From an uncultured Verrucomicrobiae bacterium (GTDB lineage: Bacteria > Verrucomicrobiota > Verrucomicrobiia > Limisphaerales > Palsa-1400), in contig CAVXRD010000002.1 in NCBI GenBank assembly GCA_963764165.1, positions 384,001 to 448,000 of the forward strand: a stretch of DNA of 64,000 bases, given 5' to 3'. The notes under the pieces were generated by a model that searched no databases, was not told the origin of the DNA, and worked only from the letters and a program-made list of their open reading frames with translations. Shown one piece after another: positions 44,884-53,300 of the stretch (positions are counted from its first letter, which is position 1; every line of letters begins with the position of its first letter). The position numbers and the translations under genes are program-made.

Positions 44884-46722
44884 ATGTCCACTTATTCCAT
44901 CGGCATCGACCTCGGCACCACCAACAGCGCGGTCTCCTATTTCAAACTGGCGGAAGCCGCGGCGCGGGGGCGCGAACAAACCATGCTCGCGATTCCGCAG
45001 GTCACAAGCGTCGGCACGGTTGAAGAGAAGCTATTGCTGCCTTCCTTCCTTTACCTGCCGAACGCCCAGGAATTTCCCGCCGGAAGCCTCGGATTGCCCT
45101 GGGACAAGAAGAGCAAGGACGCTGTGGTGGGCGAATTTGCCAGGTCGCACGGCAGCAAAGTTCCGATGCGGCTGGTCTCCTCCGCGAAAAGCTGGCTCTG
45201 CCATCCGGGCGTGGATCGGCAAAGCCCAATCCTTCCGTGGCAGGCGCCGGAGGATGTCCAGCGTATTTCGCCATTGGACGCCACGGCGCGTTACTTGGGC
45301 CATTTGCGCGAGGCTTGGGATCACCAATTCAAAAATGACACGCTGGGAGAGCAAGAGGTTGTCCTCACCGTCCCCGCCTCCTTCGACGCCGCAGCGCGCG
45401 AACTGACACTCAAAGCGGCGCAACAAGCCGGCCTGCCGAATGTCACTTTGCTCGAAGAGCCGCAGGCGGCGTTCTATGCGTGGCTTGAGCAGATGGGCGA
45501 AGGTTTCCGCAAGGCTGTCAAGCCGGGTGACGTGATTCTTGTTGTTGACGTGGGCGGCGGCACCACCGATTTCTCGCTCATCGCGGTGACGGCCAAAGAC
45601 GGAGAAGTGGCGCTGACGCGGGTGGCTGTGGGCGATCATATTTTGCTGGGCGGCGACAACATGGATTTGGCGCTGGCTCACACCGTCAATCAGCGCCTTG
45701 CGGCGGACGGCAAGAAGCTGGACGCATGGCAATTCAACGCACTCACGTTCGCCTGCCGCAATGCTAAAGAGTCGATGTTTGCGGACGAGAAACTCAAGAA
45801 GGCGCCACTTGCAATTCCGGGTCGAGGCTCGTCTCTGGTCGGTGGGACGATCAAGGCGGAGTTGAGCCGCGATGAATTGAACCGCGTGCTTACCGACGGA
45901 TTTTTTCCAAAAACAGCCGTCACCGATGTCCCGCAAATGGCGCGTCGCAGCGGCCTGGCGCAGATGGCGCTGCCTTACGCCCAGGACGCCGCTGTCACGC
46001 GGCATCTCGCCGCCTTCTTGACTCGCCAGGCCCGCGCCATGGCTGCCGATCTGGACGCACCGGTCAAGGTAGAGGGAAAAACATTCGTGCATCCGACCGC
46101 GGTATTGTTCAACGGCGGCGTGTTCAAGGCCAGCGTGCTTGCGAATCGGGTGATCGATGTCCTTAACAACTGGCTTGCGACAGACAGCGGCCAACCCGCC
46201 AAGGCGCTGGAAGGCGCCGAGCTTGATTTGGCTGTCGCTCGCGGTGCGGCTTATTACGGGTGGGCGCGCCACGGTCACGGGGCGCGGATTCGCGGTGGCA
46301 CGGCCCACGCCTATTACGTCGGCGTCGAGACGGTGACGCTTGCGGTGCCGGGGATGGAGCCGCCGGTCAAGGCCCTTTGCGTCGCTCCTTTCGGCATGGA
46401 GGAAGGCACCCAGGCCGACATCCCTCCACAGGAGTTTGGACTTGTTGTTGGGGAGCACACGCGCTTCCGCTTCTTTTCCAGTTCGCTTCGCCGCAACGAT
46501 CACGTCGGCGCGATGATCGAGGAAGTTGCCGGCAACGACGAATTGGAAGAGGTGGCGCCAATTGAAACCACTCTCCCGGCTCAGGAAGGCAAGGAAGGCC
46601 AGCTCATCCCGGTCAATCTGCAGGCAGTCCTGACAGACATCGGAACGCTCGAACTGCGTTGCATCGAGAAAGGCGGCTCGGGCCAATGGAAACTTGAATT
46701 GAACGTGCGAATGAAGGAGTAG
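44884..46722 (+). CDS. atypical Hsp70/DnaK-related protein
   Basis: GIDLGTTN, TVPASF, EEPQAAF, DVGGGTTD, LGGDNMD. Confidence 0.9.
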   Translation: MSTYSIGIDLGTTNSAVSYFKLAEAAARGREQTMLAIPQVTSVGTVEEKLLLPSFLYLPNAQEFPAGSLGLPWDKKSKDAVVGEFARSHGSKVPMRLVSSAKSWLCHPGVDRQSPILPWQAPEDVQRISPLDATARYLGHLREAWDHQFKNDTLGEQEVVLTVPASFDAAARELTLKAAQQAGLPNVTLLEEPQAAFYAWLEQMGEGFRKAVKPGDVILVVDVGGGTTDFSLIAVTAKDGEVALTRVAVGDHILLGGDNMDLALAHTVNQRLAADGKKLDAWQFNALTFACRNAKESMFADEKLKKAPLAIPGRGSSLVGGTIKAELSRDELNRVLTDGFFPKTAVTDVPQMARRSGLAQMALPYAQDAAVTRHLAAFLTRQARAMAADLDAPVKVEGKTFVHPTAVLFNGGVFKASVLANRVIDVLNNWLATDSGQPAKALEGAELDLAVARGAAYYGWARHGHGARIRGGTAHAYYVGVETVTLAVPGMEPPVKALCVAPFGMEEGTQADIPPQEFGLVVGEHTRFRFFSSSLRRNDHVGAMIEEVAGNDELEEVAPIETTLPAQEGKEGQLIPVNLQAVLTDIGTLELRCIEKGGSGQWKLELNVRMKE

Positions 46723-46783
46723 AACTCGAGCCGGCATCGCGGCTCGAATCGGCTCGGCCGCTCTCGTCTTCCACCCATTTCCA

Positions 46784-49573
46784 ATGCCTTCATCCTCTTA
46801 CATTATTGGCATTGATCTCGGCACTACGAATTGCGCCGTTGCTTTCGTGGACCCGGCCCAAGGCGCCGATGCTTCTATTGTTGACTTTCCAATACCGCAG
46901 TTGCAACGGCCCGGCGAGGTGGCGGCGCTGCCGTTGCTGCCGTCGTGTCTTTACGTCGCGGGCGAACATGAATTGCCAACCGGCTCGACTCAATTGCCGT
47001 GGGGCCCATCGCCCGGGCTGATCGCAGGCGCATTCGCGCGCTGGCAAGGGGCGCGCGTGCCGGGGCGTTTGGTTGCTTCGGCAAAAAGCTGGCTGTGCCA
47101 CACTGGCGTGGATCGCTCCGCGCCCATTCTGCCTTGGGGCGCGCCCGGCGACGTCAATAAGATTTCTCCGGTGGATGCGTCGGCGCAATTTCTTTCCCAC
47201 ATCGCCGCCGCCTGGAATTCCGCCCATCCCAATGAGCCGATTGCCCAGCAGGAAGTTGTGATTACGGTGCCGGCCTCTTTCGATGAAGTCGCTCGCGCCT
47301 TGACCGTCAGTGCGGCGCGCCAAGCTGGATTGGAAAACTTTGCGCTCGTGGAGGAGCCGCAAGCCGCCTTTTATGATTTTACCGCGCACCATCGCCGGAA
47401 CTTGGCGGAGGTCCTGAAAGATGCGCGCCTTGTGCTGGTGGTGGATGTCGGTGGGGGCACGACGGATTTCACCTTGGTTGAGGCTGGCGTTGGCTCCAAT
47501 GGTCCGGCATTGAAGCGCATCGCCGTCGGCGATCATCTCATGCTCGGCGGCGACAACATGGATGCCGCGCTGGCCCGGCTTGCGGAAGGACGGTTGTTGA
47601 CAGGAAACCGCAAACTCAGCGCAGCGCAATGGACTCAGCTTGTGCAGGCCGCCCGCGCCGCCAAGGAAGCGCTTCTCGGCCACGACTCTCCCGCCAAACA
47701 CGGAATCTCCGTGGCAGCGGAGGGAAGCAGGCTGATGCAAGGCACTCTCTCGACTGAAATTCAGCGCGAGGAAGCCGAGCAATTGATTCTTGACGGATTT
47801 CTCCCGCGTGGCGCTTCCAATGAAAACACACGCCGAGGCGCGCGGACCGCGTTGCAAGAAATGGGGCTTCCTTACGAGCAAGACCCGGCCATCACGCGCC
47901 ATCTGGCGGCGTTTTTGCGCCGCCACGCGCAAGCCTGTTTCGCCGCACTGCAAGACACCCGAGTGGGAGAACATTCGATGCCGCGACCCGACGCCATCCT
48001 CTTCAACGGCGGGGTTTTTAATTCGCCAAAGATATCCGAGAGATTGCTGGAAGTGGTTTCGTCGTGGTGGGCCGATGCGCCGCCGATTCGTTTGCTGCCC
48101 TGCCACTCGCTCGAATCCGCCGTGGCCCGCGGCGCGGCCTGCCATGGGCTGGCCAAACGCGGATTGGGACGCCGCATCAGCGGTGGATCGCCGCGCGCAC
48201 TTTACGTCGGTCTAGGCTCGGAGAAAGACACTGCCGCCGCGCGCGCCATCTGCCTCATTCCTCGCGGGCACGAAGAAGGCCAGTCGGTCGATCTCAAGAG
48301 CCGCCAGTTTGAGCTGACGCTCGGACGGCCGGTGAGATTTCCATTGTTTTCAACAACGGCGGATCGCGTCGATTTGCCGGGTGATCTAGTGCAAATTGGT
48401 GATGAGTTCATCGCGCTGCCCTCGATCCACACTCTTTTTAAAGGCACGCGCCCCAAAAGCGCCAGCGTGCCAATTCACTTGCGCGCCACTCTAACGGAAC
48501 TCGGCACACTGGAATTGTGGTGCGTCGCCAATGACAGCAACGAGCGCTGGAGGCTGGAGTTCGAATTGCGCGGCGAAGCGGCGGATGCCACTGCAACGGC
48601 AACCGAGCCAACGCCAGCCGGGTTCAGAGAAGCTCGCGAAGTTGTTGACAGAGTGTTTGGCCCCAAGACAGCCTCCGCTGATCCCAAGGAAGTGAAGCAG
48701 CTCGTTCGCGCCTTGGAAAAAACGATCGGGCCGCGCGATACTTGGCGCCTCCCGTTGTTGCGGGAACTGTGGAGCACCATGCGGGCGGGCGCAAATCGAC
48801 GCAAACGGTCCGCTGATCACGAGCGGATTTTTTTCCAACTGGCGGGTTATAGTCTGCGACCGGGATTAGGATATCCGCTGGACGAGTGGCGTTGCGAACA
48901 AACATTCCTTCTTTTTAGCGAGAGTGTCTCGTTTCATGCCGAGCAACCGAATTGGAGCGAGTTTTGGGTGATGTGGCGCCGGCTCGCTGGTGGATTGGCC
49001 GAGGCTCGGCAAAAAACCATCTGGAACTATCTCAAGCCTCATCTCGCTGCCCGCGTTCCGCTCAATCCAGTTAAAGAAATCGCCAAGCCAAAAGGCGTTC
49101 GACCTCAGGGCCTCGACGAAATGGTGCGGGTGGCGGCGTCACTGGAACACCTTAATCCCCCAGACAAAGTCCTACTCGGCAATTGGATTACGGAAAGGCT
49201 GCGTAGCCCCGCCACCGCAGCCGGTCCTTGGATTTGGGCCTTGGGCCGGCTTGGGGCGCGTGTTCCCCTCTATGGAAGCATTCACAAAACTGTCGCCCCC
49301 GACCAGGCCGCCCAGTGGCTGTCGCTTTTGCTAGCCCCAGATCTGTGGCACATGAACGGCGCCCCCTTCGCCGCCGCGCAACTCGCGCGATTGACCGGCG
49401 ACCGAACCCGCGACTTGGACGACGACCTGCGCTCACGCACGGCGGCAGCGCTCAAGTCCGCTGAAGCCCCCGAAGCTTGGTGGCGAATGGTGAGTGAAGT
49501 CACCGTCCTGGAAACCGCCGATGAAGCACGAGCGATTGGCGACAGCCTGCCAATCGGCTTGCGGCTCCGCTGA
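46784..49573 (+). CDS. Hsp70-related protein with a DUF3731-like C-terminal helical extension
   Basis: Same NBD motifs plus HER..LAGYSLRPGLGYPLDEWR and WALGRLGARVPLYGS. Confidence 0.88.
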   Translation: MPSSSYIIGIDLGTTNCAVAFVDPAQGADASIVDFPIPQLQRPGEVAALPLLPSCLYVAGEHELPTGSTQLPWGPSPGLIAGAFARWQGARVPGRLVASAKSWLCHTGVDRSAPILPWGAPGDVNKISPVDASAQFLSHIAAAWNSAHPNEPIAQQEVVITVPASFDEVARALTVSAARQAGLENFALVEEPQAAFYDFTAHHRRNLAEVLKDARLVLVVDVGGGTTDFTLVEAGVGSNGPALKRIAVGDHLMLGGDNMDAALARLAEGRLLTGNRKLSAAQWTQLVQAARAAKEALLGHDSPAKHGISVAAEGSRLMQGTLSTEIQREEAEQLILDGFLPRGASNENTRRGARTALQEMGLPYEQDPAITRHLAAFLRRHAQACFAALQDTRVGEHSMPRPDAILFNGGVFNSPKISERLLEVVSSWWADAPPIRLLPCHSLESAVARGAACHGLAKRGLGRRISGGSPRALYVGLGSEKDTAAARAICLIPRGHEEGQSVDLKSRQFELTLGRPVRFPLFSTTADRVDLPGDLVQIGDEFIALPSIHTLFKGTRPKSASVPIHLRATLTELGTLELWCVANDSNERWRLEFELRGEAADATATATEPTPAGFREAREVVDRVFGPKTASADPKEVKQLVRALEKTIGPRDTWRLPLLRELWSTMRAGANRRKRSADHERIFFQLAGYSLRPGLGYPLDEWRCEQTFLLFSESVSFHAEQPNWSEFWVMWRRLAGGLAEARQKTIWNYLKPHLAARVPLNPVKEIAKPKGVRPQGLDEMVRVAASLEHLNPPDKVLLGNWITERLRSPATAAGPWIWALGRLGARVPLYGSIHKTVAPDQAAQWLSLLLAPDLWHMNGAPFAAAQLARLTGDRTRDLDDDLRSRTAAALKSAEAPEAWWRMVSEVTVLETADEARAIGDSLPIGLRLR

Positions 49574-49659
49574 TGTGCGCAGACTTTTCTTCGAGCAGCC
49601 GTTGCTGGGACGCCTGCTTGGCGACAGCAAGCGTGGCATATGCCTGAGCAATGCGTTTA

Positions 49660-49750
49660 ATATATATAATCTCCAAAAATCGGTAACATTGGTAACATCG
49701 TTGATTATCAACCACTTAATAGGTAACAAATGATTCCGCAACGTTTTCGG
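49660..49750 (+). repeat. dispersed GGYAACA-box element, copy D
   Basis: ATATAATCTCCAAAAATCGGTAACATTGGTAACATCGTTGATTATCAACCACTTAATAGGTAACA. Confidence 0.75.
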
Positions 49751-49880
49751 TGGAATAGAATCCGGGCACTCGGCCACGAATTAAAACGAGCGTTGCAATC
49801 ACGATGTGGCCTAGTTGATCGCAATTCAATTCGTAAGCCCCGGCGACAGCGTTACTTAAATCTACAGCCTTCTGAAGTGC

Positions 49881-50300
49881 TTGGTCAGTTGGACCGCCTT
49901 TGCCGATGGCCTTGCCCAAACCGTTGATGCTGCCCACCACATCCGCCCCTTGTTGCAAGGAGGTTACGACGCCCTCCTCACCAGGACCCGCTCGCCATGG
50001 GTGGTGGAGAGGCCCGGGGCGCGTTTGCGGATTCGCTTTCTGCAGGATTCGGAGGGCAACGTAACACTGTTGCTTTCGGAGGAGCGGCAACTGAATGACA
50101 ATTTGGCCGCCCAGTTTGGTTTGACGCCGAGAGAGAGGGAAGTGTTGGCTTGGATCGGCGAAGGAAAATCGAATCCGGAAATCGGCCGGATACTGGGCAT
50201 CAGTTTCCGAACCGTGGAAAAGCACGTCGAACGGCTTTTGGCGAAAATGAATGTCGAATCGCGCCAGGCCGCGATGTTGATGTTTCTTGGCGCCAGGTAG
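49881..50300 (+). CDS. LuxR-type HTH protein, probably N-terminally truncated
   Basis: LTPREREVLAWIGEGKSNPEIGRILGISFRTVEKHV; weak TTG start. Confidence 0.65.
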   Translation: MVSWTAFADGLAQTVDAAHHIRPLLQGGYDALLTRTRSPWVVERPGARLRIRFLQDSEGNVTLLLSEERQLNDNLAAQFGLTPREREVLAWIGEGKSNPEIGRILGISFRTVEKHVERLLAKMNVESRQAAMLMFLGAR

Positions 50301-50397
50301 ACCAACTGTAAATCGCGGCTGAGGTTGCTTTCAGAGGCTACGGAGCGGGACACTTGTGTGGCCCGCTCCTTGCGCTGCTCTTAAGCTGGTCGCTCGC

Positions 50398-53300
50398 CTA
50401 TGGCGACTCGATGGAATAGAAATCCGCCGACACACCGGGCGCGACCGGGATGGACAGCGAGAAGTTTCCGCTCGCGTCGAAGGTGCCGTTGGTCACGATG
50501 GTCCATTTAACCGGCACGGCCAGATTTGTCGTGCTCAGCAGGTGATACGTTCCAGACGGCGCGCCGCCGGCGCCGGTGAATGTCAGCGTTCCGTGAGACA
50601 AGGCAATCTGGCTAAATGTGGCCGGCGATGCTGTCGGCGCGGGGCCGGTCAAAACCCGGATGCTGCCTGAACCAGTGTTGGTGCCGGTCGCCGATCCCAA
50701 TTGCACCGGCCAGGAGGAGGGGAAGTTGCTTGGGTAGGCGCTGTTCAATTGCGCGAAGCTATAAGTGCCGGGCGATATGGCCGTGCCGTTGATGGACAGC
50801 GCATAGACCGTGTCGGCGGTATAGAGATACATTTGGCCGTTCAATGCCAGCGTGCCATTTGTCGTCACATAATTGTAGGTCGTCTCCAACATGGCGTTGG
50901 TGGCGATGCTAATGGAATTGGTGCCGAGCGAATTCGCCGCGTTGCCCAGCAGTCCGCCTTGAATGACGTTCCACTGGCCGGTGAATGTGTTGCTTGTGCC
51001 GGACACGATGAGGTCGTTATTCAAATAATTCGATCCCATGTAATCATAAGTGAGCGTGCCGGAGCCGGTGAGATAAGCGTTAATCTGCATGGAGCGGATG
51101 CTTCCCGCAGAGGCGCTATCACAATAGATCGATGAATTGCTAACGACGTCAATTTCGCCATCAAGGGCGACAGACGAAGCATTTCCGTTGTCGATCTGTC
51201 CGCCAGCCAACTCCAGGAACGGGAAGCTGACAAAGCCACCCTGAACGTAGGCTGTGCCGTAATTGGTGGCGGCGATGTCGCCCGATTCCTTCAGACGCAA
51301 TTCTCCGGTCGTCGTTTCCGTTGGGAATCCAGCGGAATTTCCGTCGACCAGCACTCCATCGCCTTGAACAATCAGGGCGCTGCCAGGGAAGACGGCATTG
51401 TTCGCCGTGGGTGTGCGTTCCATGGTGCCGGGGATCACGAAATAACTGCTATTGGGCTCCGCGTAAATGGAGGTCGCCACTGGCAATCCATCGCTCCAGC
51501 TTGTCGCGGTGTTCCAATCATCGCCGACCGGCTCCTGCATGGTGGTGGTGATGGTTTGATTGGGATTGGTCGGCAGAACGTCGAGTTCCGCCGCGCTGCT
51601 GGCGGTGGATCCCCCGGAGTCCGATGCAACCACCACATAAGTTCCGGCATTGGCTGCCGTCACGTTTGTGATTGACAGAAAATCCGTTCCCGAACCGGAG
51701 ATGTTGCCGCCATCCGTCAGTTCGACGGCGACGTTATTTTGGTTTGTGAACCACCATTGGTAACTCGAAGCATTCGGAGCCACGCCAATGAATTGCGCCG
51801 ATTGTCCGGGATAGACCGAGACCGATTGAGGCTGCTGAGTGAAGATCGGCGGCAATGTTCCAAGAACGGTGATGCTGCCCGCTCCGGTATTCGTGCCCGT
51901 GACGGAACCGAGCTGAATAGGCCAGGTGGCGGGAAAGTTCAAGGGGAAGGCCGCGTTCAACTGCGCAAACGTATAAGTGCCCGGGGGGACATTTGAGCCG
52001 TTTACGGTCAGCCCATAGACCTCGTCCGCGGTGTACAAATACATCTGGCCGTTGAGCACAATGCTGCCCTTCGTGGTAACGAAGTTGTAGGTTGTTTCAA
52101 GCGCGCCGCCTTGATCGACGGTGATTGAATTGGTTCCGAGGCAGTTCGGAGAGGTTCCGACGAGAGCGCCCTGCCCGACATGCCAGGGGCCGGTAAACGT
52201 GTTCGTCGGGCACGTCACCACCAGGGCGGTGTTAGTGGGCAAGGTGCCAAGGTAGGTGTAAAATAATCCACCAGAGCCCGTCAGATACGCATCCAGCAGG
52301 TAGGATCGGATCGTGGCCGCGGAAGCGCTGTCGGCGTAGATGACGGAATTTGAAACAACGTCAATTTCGCCTTCCAGCGAAACCACGGACGAACTGCCGT
52401 TATCAATCTGCCCACCCGCCAATTGCAGATTCGGGAACGTCACAGTGCCGCCGTAGGTATAGATCATGCCGGCATTGGTTGCGGTCGCAGTGCCGGATTC
52501 TTTCAGGCGCAATTCGCCAATGGTCGTCTCGGTGCCAAAGGACGCCCCGCCGCCATCGATCATCTGGCCATCGCCTTGAATTTGCAACAGACCACCCGGA
52601 AAGACTGCGTTGGTGACGATGGGGGAACGCTCCATTTTTCCAGGGGGAATGATGTAGGTGCTGTCCGGCTCCGCATAGACGGATACCGAAGCCGCGAATC
52701 CGTCGCTCCAGCTCGTCCCCGTGTTCCAATCTGAACCGGCCGCTTCCTGCGCAACCGCGTAAATCTGCTGGCCGGGGTTGGGTGACGAAATCGTCAGCGA
52801 AACCGGCGGACTGGTGTAGGTGCCGAAGGCGTTGCTGCTCACGAGAGTGACGTTTAGCGTCTGCCCCGCGAGGCTCGAGGCGATGTTGGAAATGGTCAAA
52901 TCCCCGGTAGCGGAGCCGCTTATCACGCCGTAAGAAGTGCTGCCATCGCTTAGATTAACACCGTTAATTTGCCACGTCTCGGTGAGAGGCGCCGAGCCAC
53001 CGGTTACGGCGGCAATGGAGGCCGTCTCGCCGGGATACAGCCCGTTCGCGAACTGCGTGTAGATGGAGTTTGTCGCCGGGAAATCGGTCAAGCCGGAACT
53101 CGACGTGAAGAGCGAATCCAATGACGACTGGCCGAGCGCTTGCGTGAAGATGCCAACCTCGTCGATGCTGCCGTTGAAGGTCAGCGCCCCCGTTGTGTCA
53201 TCGGGGTCGTCACCGATCATCGTTGTGCCGGCAAACGGCGCCACCGGATGAGGGTACGTGTGCGTGCTGGAAACGATGCCGTTGGTGTTCATCAACGTGA

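Noticed and set aside
45031..48145. Long antisense ORFs (568 and 451 aa) over the Hsp70 genes
   Set aside because: These are shadow frames expected in GC-rich coding DNA; the same applies to antisense ORFs over the IS1182, IS630, dxs and rnr genes.
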